64,000 nucleotides of DNA. Source: Coriobacteriia bacterium. Lineage in GTDB: Bacteria; Actinomycetota; Coriobacteriia; Anaerosomatales; JAAXUF01. The notes under the pieces were generated by a model. That model ran no database searches. It saw only the letters and a program-made list of their open reading frames with translations, and was not told the DNA's origin. A program made the translations under genes and the position numbers. Shown here piece after piece: positions 17,303-26,471 of this stretch. Positions within the stretch are counted from its first letter, which is position 1; each line of letters starts with the position of its first letter. The stretch is taken from the NCBI GenBank assembly GCA_038245725.1, contig JBBRSD010000004.1, positions 107,599 through 171,598 of the forward strand. The letters are read 5' to 3'.

Positions 17303-18694
17303 CTAAGTGTAGCGGTCCACCCTGAAGCGCTCGATCGCACAGCTCTCGTTCGGCGTGATGCCACCCTTGCGCATCGCGATGCCGACCTGCGTGGCAACAT
17401 CGTCCACGCCCTCAAGGTCGGGCAGCAGCAACCCACGGCGCCAGCCGCTCGAGACGATCACGCCGTAGTTCGCGGGATCGAGATCGGCCACCGCACACGA
17501 TTCCGGTGCGTGGAGTACGTCGACCTTGATGTCGAGATCGTCCAGCTCCGACGCGCTCACCGCTGGGAATCTCGGGTCGCGCGACGCGGCCTCCACGGCG
17601 TTGTGCACGACCTCCTCGGCTAGGGTGGCGGCGGTCGGGGTGATAGTTCCAATGCAGCCGCGCAGTCCGCCCGATCGGTGCAGTGAAACGAAAGCGCCGG
17701 CCTGTGCCGGGTACTCGGCGGCGGCCAGAGGCTCGGGGCGTAGGATGTCTCCGGTGCGGACGTATGCCTCGATTGTGCGGCGTGCGAGCGCCACGATCTC
17801 ACTCTCGGCGCTGCCGGCGGTGCCCCCCTTCGCCCCGGCGGCCGGACCAGGCCAATCAGCGCCGGGACGGGCCGCGGCGTTCACTGCCGCCTCGCCCGCG
17901 AGAGCGGTGAGGTATCCGACACCCCACGGCCCTTCATACGCAAGCACACGGGTCGGCACGGGATCCGGACCGGCGAATCCACCCAGCGCGATGAAGGACC
18001 GCAGGCCGCACTCGCCGGCGGCTTCCTCAAGCGCGGGGTCAACGTTCGCAAGTTCGCTCAACGCGCCCCGCGCGACGACGTCCTGCAACCACGCGTCGAA
18101 CTCCGCCCCGCGCGGCGAGTAGCCAGCTTGAGCGTCACGTGTGAGGCGGTGCGAGCAATCCCCGCTGGCGATGAATGCAACCCGTTTCGAAAGCGCCTGC
18201 GCCGTCGCGCGAACGGCCTCGCCCACCACACGATGCGTCGCCAGGGGCAGGAACGAAAGAGAGAGAACGACGAGCTGTCTCCCCGCGTCCGGGTCGAGGA
18301 ACGACAGCGGGACTATCGTGGCGTGATCGAGCCACCCCGCGCGCAGTCGAGAGTCACCTGCCCTTGGCATCGCCTCGACGCCCCGTCGCCCTAAGTCCGC
18401 GAGCAGCGCGTGGGCGAACTCCGGGTCGCCCCGCCAGCCATAGACGCTCTCATCGCCGAACTGCGCAAGCGTTCCCGAGAACGTCTCGCTGTCGTCGACC
18501 AGGATGACGTCGGCCGCTGCCGGCGCATGAGGCGACATCAGTACGATCGTCTCAGGATCGAAAGAGGCCAGCGCGTCACGGGCTACGCCGAGGGCATCGA
18601 GCGACGATCTCGCAACGAAGGCCTGCGCTCCTCCCACACCTGGCATGAAGATGGGTGGGTGCGGAGCGATGACACCGAAGATCTCGGAGGTCAT
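17303..18694 (-). CDS. Fusion protein: class III extradiol-dioxygenase/Memo-like (LigB fold) N-domain plus AMMECR1 C-domain
   Basis: N-terminal GVIAPHPPIFMPGVGG ... IASGDCSHRL (LigB/Memo-like). C-terminal GAFVSLHRSGGLRGCIGTI ... RDPRFP ... GLLLPD (AMMECR1 signature). Confidence 0.75.
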   Translation of the reverse strand: MTSEIFGVIAPHPPIFMPGVGGAQAFVARSSLDALGVARDALASFDPETIVLMSPHAPAAADVILVDDSETFSGTLAQFGDESVYGWRGDPEFAHALLADLGRRGVEAMPRAGDSRLRAGWLDHATIVPLSFLDPDAGRQLVVLSLSFLPLATHRVVGEAVRATAQALSKRVAFIASGDCSHRLTRDAQAGYSPRGAEFDAWLQDVVARGALSELANVDPALEEAAGECGLRSFIALGGFAGPDPVPTRVLAYEGPWGVGYLTALAGEAAVNAAARPGADWPGPAAGAKGGTAGSAESEIVALARRTIEAYVRTGDILRPEPLAAAEYPAQAGAFVSLHRSGGLRGCIGTITPTAATLAEEVVHNAVEAASRDPRFPAVSASELDDLDIKVDVLHAPESCAVADLDPANYGVIVSSGWRRGLLLPDLEGVDDVATQVGIAMRKGGITPNESCAIERFRVDRYT

Positions 18695-18769
18695 GGCGGG
18701 TGCCTCCTTCAGGCAGCTGGCCCAACTCTTGGCACTCGCCCCTGGGCCAAACTCAGTTGGAGGCGCGTG

Positions 18770-20104
18770 CTAGATGTTCGTACCCGCAAGACGCCCGAAC
18801 AGGAACCACGTCTGAGCCTCTTCGATCTCGACGTCGAGGATCCGTCCCACGAATTCGTCCGCTGATCGGCCATCTGGGACCCGCACGTGGACCATCTTGT
18901 TGCTCGGTGCTCGACCCGCAAGCATGGCGTCGTCGCGCTTGCTCGTGCCCTCGAAGAGCACGGGCTGCACTGTGCCCACATACTCACCGCTGTTCCGGAG
19001 CGCAGAAGCTTGCACGATCTCGATCAGCCGATCGAAGCGCTCCTGGGATACATCTCGAGGCACTCGATCCGCGAGCTTCGCCGCCGGCGTCCCTTCCCGC
19101 GGCGAGTAGATGAACGTGAAGGCCTGGTCGAATGCGCCATGCCGCATGACCTCGAGCGTCTCCTCAAAGTCCTCTTCACTCTCTCCCGGGAAGCCGACGA
19201 TCACGTCGGTCGAGAGCGCGAGGTCGGGCACTACATCGCGGATCCGATCGATGAGGGCGAGGTAGCCCGCAGATGTGTAGTGCCGGTTCATCGCCTTGAG
19301 GACGGCGTCGGAGCCTGACTGCACCGGAAGGTGCAGGTACGGCATGACCTCCGGAACCTCCGCCATCGCAGCGATCGTGGTCTCCGAGAGGTCTTTGGGG
19401 TGGCTGGTCGCAAACCTGATGCGCGCGATACCCGTCCGCGCGACGGCTCGAAGCACCTCTGCGAACCGCGGTTCGCCATAGATGTCGCGGCCGTAGCTGT
19501 TCACATTCTGGCCGAGAAGTGTGACCTCTAGTACACCTTCAGCGACGAGATTCTCGACTTCCTTGACTATATCGTCGAGGGTTCGGCTTCGTTCTCGGCC
19601 CCGCACGTACGGAACGATGCAGTACGTGCAGAAGTTGTTGCAGCCCAACGTTATCGGCACCCAAGCGTGCCTAGCGTGCTCGCGCTCGGTGGGAAGGTCG
19701 CTTGAGAAGTCAGCACCTTCGGCAAGAATCTCAACCTGAGGTCGACGCTGATGCTGCGCACTATCGAGCAACGAGGGCAGGTGGGCGAGGTTGTGCGTGC
19801 CGAAGACGACATCGATGTGAGGAATCTGGCGCAAGAGCGTCTCGCCGTCGCGCTGGCCGATGCAGCCCCCGACGGCGATTAGCTGGCCCGGTCGCCCCGC
19901 CTTGACGCTCTTCAAGGAGTGAACCTGACCGCGAAGACGCTCGTCGGCATTCTCACGTACGCAGCACGTCATGAAGACGACAACATCGGCTTCTTCGGCG
20001 CTCTCAACGGGCGACAAACCCTGCTCGGCGAGCATGCCGGCGATGCGCTCGGAATCGTGCTTGTTCATCTGGCACCCGAAGGTGCGGATCAGGTAGGTCT
20101 CCAT
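18770..20104 (-). CDS. miaB: tRNA-2-methylthio-N6-dimethylallyladenosine synthase
   Basis: METYLIRTFGCQMNKHDSERIAGML, radical-SAM CNNFCTYCIVP, C-terminal TRAM domain. Confidence 0.9.
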   Translation of the reverse strand: METYLIRTFGCQMNKHDSERIAGMLAEQGLSPVESAEEADVVVFMTCCVRENADERLRGQVHSLKSVKAGRPGQLIAVGGCIGQRDGETLLRQIPHIDVVFGTHNLAHLPSLLDSAQHQRRPQVEILAEGADFSSDLPTEREHARHAWVPITLGCNNFCTYCIVPYVRGRERSRTLDDIVKEVENLVAEGVLEVTLLGQNVNSYGRDIYGEPRFAEVLRAVARTGIARIRFATSHPKDLSETTIAAMAEVPEVMPYLHLPVQSGSDAVLKAMNRHYTSAGYLALIDRIRDVVPDLALSTDVIVGFPGESEEDFEETLEVMRHGAFDQAFTFIYSPREGTPAAKLADRVPRDVSQERFDRLIEIVQASALRNSGEYVGTVQPVLFEGTSKRDDAMLAGRAPSNKMVHVRVPDGRSADEFVGRILDVEIEEAQTWFLFGRLAGTNI

Positions 20105-20143
20105 GGCTGAGGAAGTGTAGCACGCGTCATGCCGCCTAAACGG

Positions 20144-20962
20144 CTACGCGTTCTCCCCTGCCGAGAGCAGGCCACGGACCGCCGCCTCCGGCACGTACAC
20201 CGAACCCAGGTCCGGGTTGTGGGCGTACGCGCCATGAAAGTCGGAGCCGCCCGTAACGAGCAGGCCGAGTCGCACCGCGAGCTCCGCATACTCCAGGCGC
20301 TGTTTCGGGGTGTGGTCGGCATGATAGGCCTCGATGCCGAGAAGGCCGGCTTCCACCAGGTCGCCGATACGCTCGTCGATACCGGTCACGCCGGGGTGCG
20401 CAAGTACGGGAATCGCACCAAACGACCTGATCAACGAAATCACCGTCTCGGGCGACTTGCTCGCCTTAGGTACATAGAACGGCATTCCTCTGCCGATCAG
20501 ACGTTCGAAGGCGTCAGAAACGCTCTCAGCCGCCCCAGAGCCGACAAGAGCGCGCGCCACATGGCTTCGCCCCACGGCCCCACCGTCAGAAAGAGTGAGC
20601 ACGTCGGAGAGGCTGACGACATAGCCTGCGTCTGAAAGTGCGACGACCATCGCCTCGGCTCGTTGCCGGCGGGCCGCGCGTAACTCTGAGAGCTCCCTGG
20701 CAAGACCGGTGTCATGTGGATCGACGAAGTAGGCGAGGATGTGGACGTCGACGTCTTCGTGCAACGCCGAGAACTCGACCGCTGGAACGATGGTGAGTTC
20801 GGTGTTCTCGGCGGCTTCAAACGCTTCCGCGAGGCCTTCAACCGAGTCGTGATCCGCGATGGCGAGTACGTCGACCCCGTTGCTCAGCGCGAGTTTGACG
20901 AGTTCGCGCGGCGTCACGGAGCCGTCTGAGGCAGTCGAATGGACGTGCAGGTCCGCTCTCAT
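20144..20962 (-). CDS. PHP-family phosphoesterase (TrpH/YciV-like)
   Basis: ORF 20144-20968. ATG 20962 preferred (GGGAG 5 nt upstream). MRADLHVHSTASDGS ... LAIADHDS ... AHPG ... GGSDFHG. Confidence 0.8.
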   Translation of the reverse strand: MRADLHVHSTASDGSVTPRELVKLALSNGVDVLAIADHDSVEGLAEAFEAAENTELTIVPAVEFSALHEDVDVHILAYFVDPHDTGLARELSELRAARRQRAEAMVVALSDAGYVVSLSDVLTLSDGGAVGRSHVARALVGSGAAESVSDAFERLIGRGMPFYVPKASKSPETVISLIRSFGAIPVLAHPGVTGIDERIGDLVEAGLLGIEAYHADHTPKQRLEYAELAVRLGLLVTGGSDFHGAYAHNPDLGSVYVPEAAVRGLLSAGENA

Positions 20963-20980
20963 CGGCACTCCCGGGAGCGA

Positions 20981-21253
20981 CTAGCGGCGCATATCGCGCG
21001 GCTCCACGAGCAGCCGAATCGCCGTGCGCTCTTCACCGTTGATCTCGATATCGGCGAACGCCGGCACGCACGTCAGTTCCATGCCCGAGGGAGCGATGAA
21101 GCCCCGCGCGATGGCGATGGCCTTGACCGCTTGATTCAGAGCTCCAGCGCCGACGGTCTGGATTTCGGCCGCGCCCTGTTCTCGAACTATGCCCGCTAGC
21201 GCACCGGCGACAGAGTTCGGGTTTGATTTACTCGAGACTTTAAGCACTTCCAC
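20981..21253 (-). CDS. spoVS: SpoVS family protein
   Basis: GTG start after GGGAGGG. EVLKVSSKSNPNSVAGALAGIVREQGAAEIQTVGAGALNQAVKAIAIARGF is near-identical in pattern to SpoVS. Confidence 0.9.
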   Translation of the reverse strand: MEVLKVSSKSNPNSVAGALAGIVREQGAAEIQTVGAGALNQAVKAIAIARGFIAPSGMELTCVPAFADIEINGEERTAIRLLVEPRDMRR

Positions 21254-21383
21254 GGTCCCTCCCTGGCGTTAATTTGCTATGGGCCGCCGAATCGCGGCTG
21301 CTACATGTGTGGCGTGATCGCTGGTGCGGTGTCTGCTTCAGTGTGGAGCGCGTGGAAAAGTATACGCCGAAGGGCGGGATACG

Positions 21384-22463
21384 TCAGTCCTCTTTCTCGA
21401 CCTCGAACCTGACGCGGATGTCATCTTTGCCGATCGTCACCTTCGGCTCGCACTTCAGATGAAGGTAGTAGGGCTCAGCGATCGTGTCGAACGCGGTTTC
21501 GAGGTCGCGCTGGAACTGAGCGATGTCGGTGTGGTGTAACTTCAGGCCCCGACGGTCTCGGTAGATGTCGGGAGCGGCAGGTTGAGGCGTCGATGCGGCG
21601 CTTCCAGCCACGAGTTCGAGTACCGGGCGCAGCACCGCGAGTTCGCCGCCGAGAATTCGATGAGCCGTTCGTTCTGAGACGGCAAGGGCAAGCGAACGGC
21701 CGATCTCGACGAGCTCCTCGGCATCTGCAGCCGCGGCGGGCCTCTGAGAGACCGGAAGCAGGTCCACGTTGTCGCAGAAGAGGAGCGCAGACGGATCAAG
21801 CTGCGAGCGTCCCAGTGCACTGAGGGTGGCCAGCACCTCGGTGGGAGTGCCGAAGAAGACTTCGATTCCAGGGTGCTGGACCGCGAATTCGATTATCCCA
21901 CGCACCATGTTGTGAGGACCGCGCGCCACTTTCAGCCCACCCGAATCGCCACGCTCGACGACCGGCCAAGTCGACTGGTCGCTCTTCTCGGAGAGACTGT
22001 TCGCGTCGGTCACCACGGTCAGAGATACGCCTTTATGAAGGTCGGATGAGGCGATTCTGGCCTCGGTCGAGTTGCTTCGGATCGAGAAGAGCGCCATGCC
22101 GCGGCCGTGGACGCCCCATTGGTCTATCACCATTGTTTCAAGCTTGCTGGTGACGCGAGGCTCGAAGATGCGCTCGTGCATCGTGACGGGAACGCCGATC
22201 CCGTCGTCGACGAACGTTATCGTTCGGACGTCGCCCTCACGCCCCGTGGCGACGAAGATGCGGCGAGCGTGCGCATCGCGGGAGTTGCGCAGCAACTCGA
22301 CCACGACGTCTTCCACGGACCGAATGTCGTGCTTGGCCTGGCGGCGTTCGGCTTCCGAGACGCGCAGTCGCACATACCCGTCGCCCAGCGTCTCTTCGAC
22401 CTTGAGGTACGCCTCGCCCGATACAGCGGTCACAAAGTTGAGTAGATCGTCGTTGGGAGTCAT
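21384..22463 (-). CDS. Uncharacterised GHKL-superfamily (Bergerat fold) ATPase-like protein, 360 aa
   Basis: ORF 21384-22589. Start set to ATG 22463 (MTPNDDLL). N-box VVELLRNSRDA, G1 box VDDGIGVP, G2-like WGVHGRGMALFS. The C-terminal ~200 aa match no family I recognise. Confidence 0.6.
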   Translation of the reverse strand: MTPNDDLLNFVTAVSGEAYLKVEETLGDGYVRLRVSEAERRQAKHDIRSVEDVVVELLRNSRDAHARRIFVATGREGDVRTITFVDDGIGVPVTMHERIFEPRVTSKLETMVIDQWGVHGRGMALFSIRSNSTEARIASSDLHKGVSLTVVTDANSLSEKSDQSTWPVVERGDSGGLKVARGPHNMVRGIIEFAVQHPGIEVFFGTPTEVLATLSALGRSQLDPSALLFCDNVDLLPVSQRPAAAADAEELVEIGRSLALAVSERTAHRILGGELAVLRPVLELVAGSAASTPQPAAPDIYRDRRGLKLHHTDIAQFQRDLETAFDTIAEPYYLHLKCEPKVTIGKDDIRVRFEVEKED

Positions 22464-22470
22464 GCGTGAC

Positions 22471-22476
22471 AGTCTA
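22471..22476 (-). promoter_or_regulatory. Possible -10 hexamer TAGACT for a leaderless GHKL transcript
   Basis: TAGACT lies 7 nt upstream of ATG 22463 and no Shine-Dalgarno sequence lies between them. This geometry is typical of actinobacterial leaderless mRNAs. Confidence 0.3.
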
Positions 22477-22633
22477 CAGCGAGCCGAGCCGCCCGTGTGA
22501 GCGATTCGCGCAGTGCGCCTCCACTTTCGAGGAAGGCGGGCATCCGAAGAAGATCGGCCCATCTGGCTGGTAGCCAAAAATAGGTGCATAGCGACCTGAG
22601 ATGTGCGGTGGTCTGCGCTGCGGGAAAGAGTGA

Positions 22634-22734
22634 GAGCGCAACGCCGGCATCGAAAGGCGCCTCTGCAGGAAGGGACGGTGCCGTTGGCACCGTCCCTTCC
22701 GAAGCCAGCGCCCGAAGGCGTCGGCGTTGCGCTC
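22634..22734 (-). repeat. 101-nt composite inverted repeat / structured 3' element starting 11 nt after the rny stop
   Basis: Outer 13-bp stem GAGCGCAACGCCG (22634-22646) / CGGCGTTGCGCTC (22722-22734). Apical perfect 14-bp stem GGAAGGGACGGTGC (22668-22681) / GCACCGTCCCTTCC (22687-22700) with loop CGTTG. The two stems are separated by 21x21-nt internal segments. Confidence 0.6.
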
Positions 22735-22744
22735 GACAGGTGGA

Positions 22745-24283
22745 CTACTTCGCGAAGTCCACAGCGCGGCTCTCGCGAATCACCATGACACGAATCTGAC
22801 CGGGATACTCGAGCTCATCTTCGATCTGCTTCGCGATATCGCGCGCAAGCACAACCGATTCGGCGTCGCTGATCTGCTCCGGTTTGACCATGACGCGAAT
22901 CTCGCGACCGGCCTGCATGGCGTACGTCTTCTCGACACCCTTGTGCGAATTCGCGACCGCCTCGAGCTTCTCGAGCCGCTTGATGTAGCTCTCCAGGGTC
23001 TCTCGGCGAGCACCAGGACGACCCGCGGAGATGGCATCGGCCGCCTGCACGAGCACCGCCTCGACCGTGGCCGGCTCGACGTCCCCGTGGTGGGCCTCGA
23101 TAGCGTGCACAATCGACTTCGGCTCGTTCATGCGACGGGCGAGGTCAGCGCCAATCAGCGCGTGCGGGCCCTCGATGTCGTGGTCGATCGCCTTGCCGAG
23201 ATCGTGCAGGAGTCCGGCCCGTTTGGCGAGCTGGATGTCGACGCCCAGCTCCGCGGCCATGACGCCGGCCAGGTAGCTGACCTCGAGCGAGTGCTTGAGC
23301 ACGTTCTGGCCGTAGCTCGTGCGGTACTTGAGCCTACCGAGTGTGCGAATGAGCTCTGGATGAAGTCCGTGGATGCCGCTGTCGAATGCGGCCTGCTCCC
23401 CAGCCTCATGAACCGCCTGGCTGACCAGCTGCTCGGCCTTGTTGTAAAGCTCCTCGATTCGAGCCGGATGGATGCGCCCGTCAGCGATCAGCGTTTCAAG
23501 GGTGATACGGCCAATCTCACGGCGCACCGGGTCGAAGCTCGAAAGGATTACCGCCTCGGGCGTGTCATCGATGATCAGGTTGATGCCGGTCATCTGCTCG
23601 AAGGCGCGGATATTGCGTCCCTCTCGGCCGATGATGCGACCCTTCATGTCGTCGCTGGGAATGTGGACGACCGACACCGTCGACTCCGCGGTGTGATCCG
23701 CGGCGACGCGTTGGATGGCTATGCCGACGATATTCCGGGCCTTCTTGTCGGCCTCCTCGCGAGCACGGGCCTCACCCTCGCGGATAATCTGGGCTGCATC
23801 GCGAGAGACGTCCTCGCGAATCCGCTCGATGAGCTCTTGGCGTGCCTGATCGGCGGTCATTCCGGCGAGTGACTCGAGCCGGACGCGTTCGTCCTCGATC
23901 ATGTCCTCGAGGTCTTTCTCGCGCTTCGCGATCTGACCCTGCTGGCTGGAGAGCGCATGCTCCCGCTTGTCAACCGACTCAGCGCGACGGTCAACCGACG
24001 CTTCACGCTCGCCGAGACGGTTCTCGAGCGCCTGAATCTCCTTGCGGCGCTCCTTGTTATCCGTCTCCGCGTCCTGCTTCATCTTGAATATTTGATCTTT
24101 GGCCTCTAGCAGCGCCTCTTTCGTAAGCGTCTCGGCTTGCTTTTCCGCGTCTCGAACCAAACGCCCTGCCTCTTCGGCAGCTCGTGAGGTGCGGTCCTTC
24201 ATCAGGTAGCGGTTAACGGCAAAGCCGAGGGCAGCACCGATGACGAGAGCCACAAAGATGAAGACTACGGCCATGGCTGTCAT
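22745..24283 (-). CDS. rny: Ribonuclease Y
   Basis: ORF 22745-24478. Start set to ATG 24283 after GGAAGGAGGG. N-terminal TM helix, coiled coil, KH ([15 protein letters not shown]) and HD ([12 protein letters not shown]) domains. Confidence 0.95.
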   Translation of the reverse strand: MTAMAVVFIFVALVIGAALGFAVNRYLMKDRTSRAAEEAGRLVRDAEKQAETLTKEALLEAKDQIFKMKQDAETDNKERRKEIQALENRLGEREASVDRRAESVDKREHALSSQQGQIAKREKDLEDMIEDERVRLESLAGMTADQARQELIERIREDVSRDAAQIIREGEARAREEADKKARNIVGIAIQRVAADHTAESTVSVVHIPSDDMKGRIIGREGRNIRAFEQMTGINLIIDDTPEAVILSSFDPVRREIGRITLETLIADGRIHPARIEELYNKAEQLVSQAVHEAGEQAAFDSGIHGLHPELIRTLGRLKYRTSYGQNVLKHSLEVSYLAGVMAAELGVDIQLAKRAGLLHDLGKAIDHDIEGPHALIGADLARRMNEPKSIVHAIEAHHGDVEPATVEAVLVQAADAISAGRPGARRETLESYIKRLEKLEAVANSHKGVEKTYAMQAGREIRVMVKPEQISDAESVVLARDIAKQIEDELEYPGQIRVMVIRESRAVDFAK

Positions 24284-24630
24284 GCGCGCCCTCCTTCCGG
24301 TAGTCGTACGTTCGCTGGTATCGATGGACGCGACGGCGAAATGAGGGTGCTGCCACAAATAGAAACACCGGACGGCCGCCCGCCCGGCATCATGATCGTA
24401 TGCAGCGTACTGACGCCCGAATGCCGAGTACGACCCGATGGGCCGTGTCACTTCGAGTCTGTTCTGTGCCGCAAACAAAACCGTCGATGAACCGCTGGCG
24501 AGCGACTCTCGCGGGTGATCTTGATGCCTGCCGGAATGCTACCGTGATGTGGGGCACACCGTCAAGGTCACGCGCAGCCTTCCAAGTGCGCGACCGATGC
24601 GGCTTTTAGCAGCTCAGACAGTGTGTCCAT

Positions 24631-25275
24631 TCACTCTTGAGGGTCCTCGATAGGAGACTCGATGGGCCGCGCATCCAAGGCCTGAAGCCCCACAGACATA
24701 GAGAAGCCTCTCGTGATCAACCGCCGCAGCAGTCGATCTCTTCCGGCCCGGTCGCTAGCGACTCGGCCGCGCAAGGCTGCACGCGCACGTTCGACCTCCG
24801 AGTCGCTCTCGCCCGTGTCTTCGAGCGCGGCGTCGATGAGCGCGGAATCGATTCCGCGCCGCGTCAACTCCTGACGTATTCGCCGGATGCCATAGCCGCT
24901 TGCCTGACGCGATCGCACCCACGCGCCGGCAAACCGCGCGTCGTCGATCAGCTCCACTTCGATCAGTCGCTGCGCGACGGCGTGAGCCACGCCCTGGGGA
25001 TACCCGCAGTCGAGCAGTTTGCGCTGCATCTCAGCGGAGGAGTGCTCGCGGTACCCGAGCAGCATCAGCGCTCGATCCTTGGCGAGGCGGTACTCGATCC
25101 CATCCAGCGCATCCTCGATAACTTCACGTTCGGTGCACAGGCCCGCCTGAAGCCCGAGCTCGCGGACTGCTGCCGGCGAAGTGATCCGAGGCTCAAGCCC
25201 GTCATCGAAGACGAGCCGCCGGGCCTTAGCGCCCGGCCCGGCGGTCTCGATTCGATCGATGGTGGCGCAACACAC
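24631..25275 (-). CDS. recX: Recombination regulator RecX
   Basis: Lies 9 nt downstream of recA. RecX helical repeats (LGYREHSSAEMQRKLLDCGYP ... DDARFAGAWVRSR ... GIRRIRQELTRRGI). Confidence 0.85.
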   Translation of the reverse strand: MCCATIDRIETAGPGAKARRLVFDDGLEPRITSPAAVRELGLQAGLCTEREVIEDALDGIEYRLAKDRALMLLGYREHSSAEMQRKLLDCGYPQGVAHAVAQRLIEVELIDDARFAGAWVRSRQASGYGIRRIRQELTRRGIDSALIDAALEDTGESDSEVERARAALRGRVASDRAGRDRLLRRLITRGFSMSVGLQALDARPIESPIEDPQE

Positions 25276-25283
25276 GGTCGTCG

Positions 25284-26360
25284 CTACTTAGCTGCCACGG
25301 GCACAGCAGCCTTAGTGGTCGATTTGTCAGCCTCGGCGGCCACCGCGGCGACCGCAGCGCCACTGAGTGCAGGCAACCCGAGCGAAGTGCGGACTTTGCC
25401 GTCGATCTCATCACGCAATGCAGGGTTTTCGCGCAGGAAGTCCTTCGCCGCTTCACGGCCCTGACCCAACCTCTCGGCGCCATACGTGTACCAGGCACCA
25501 GACTTGGCCACGATGCCCTCCTCGACTCCAAGATCGAGGATCGAGCCCTCTTTGCTGATGCCGGTGCCATACATGAGATCGAATTCAGCGACGCGGAACG
25601 GGGCCGCGACCTTGTTCTTGACGACCTTTGCGCGCACCCGGTTGCCCACCATCTCCGTACCTTGTTTGATGGAATCGATACGGCGCACGTCGATGCGAAC
25701 GGTCGCGTAGAACTTCAGTGCCCGGCCGCCGCTCGTGGTTTCGGGACTGCCGAACATGACGCCGATCTTCTCGCGAAGCTGGTTGATGAAGATGCACGTC
25801 GTGTTCGAGCGACTGAGCGAGCCCGCCAGCTTCCGAAGCGCCTGGCTCATGAGGCGCGCCTGCAGACCGACGGTCACGTCTCCCATCTCTCCCTCAAGCT
25901 CTGCACGCGGCACAAGCGCGGCGACCGAGTCGATGACGACGACGTCTACTGCGCCGCTGCGAACAAGCATGTCGCAGATCTCGAGCGCCTGCTCGCCCGT
26001 GTCGGGCTGTGAGATGAGGATCTCATCAATGTCCACGCCGAGTCGGGATGCATAGCTGGGATCGAGCGCGTGCTCCGCGTCGATGAAGGCAGCGACGCCA
26101 CCGGCAGCCTGCGCTTCGGCCACGATCTGCAGTGCAAGTGTGGTCTTGCCCGAAGACTCCGGGCCGTAGATCTCGACGATTCGGCCGCGCGGAACGCCGC
26201 CGATTCCGAGCGCCGCGTCGAGCGCGAGCGAGCCGGTCGGGATGGCCGCGACCTGATCGGTCGCGGCATGCTCCCCAAGCTTCATGAGAGAGCCTTTGCC
26301 GAACTTCTTCTCAATCTGCTCTTTGGTTACGTCGAGGATCTTTTCCTTCTCGCGGTCCAT
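25284..26360 (-). CDS. recA: Recombinase RecA (no intein)
   Basis: [19 protein letters not shown], and the full-length canonical RecA pattern over 358 aa. Confidence 0.97.
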   Translation of the reverse strand: MDREKEKILDVTKEQIEKKFGKGSLMKLGEHAATDQVAAIPTGSLALDAALGIGGVPRGRIVEIYGPESSGKTTLALQIVAEAQAAGGVAAFIDAEHALDPSYASRLGVDIDEILISQPDTGEQALEICDMLVRSGAVDVVVIDSVAALVPRAELEGEMGDVTVGLQARLMSQALRKLAGSLSRSNTTCIFINQLREKIGVMFGSPETTSGGRALKFYATVRIDVRRIDSIKQGTEMVGNRVRAKVVKNKVAAPFRVAEFDLMYGTGISKEGSILDLGVEEGIVAKSGAWYTYGAERLGQGREAAKDFLRENPALRDEIDGKVRTSLGLPALSGAAVAAVAAEADKSTTKAAVPVAAK

Positions 26361-26417
26361 GCGTCACTCGCTCCTATCCGGGTTACGGCGGTCCCCTGGG
26401 GGCACCTCGACCCTACA

Positions 26418-26431
26418 CGAACACCTGTTCG
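26418..26431. promoter_or_regulatory. SOS (LexA) box upstream of recA, CGAACACCTGTTCG
   Basis: GAAC-N4-GTTC palindrome 58 nt upstream of the recA ATG. Confidence 0.75.
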
Positions 26432-26471
26432 ATGTCAACGCAGTCGCTGTTGGTGCGCGTAGGGTCATGCA

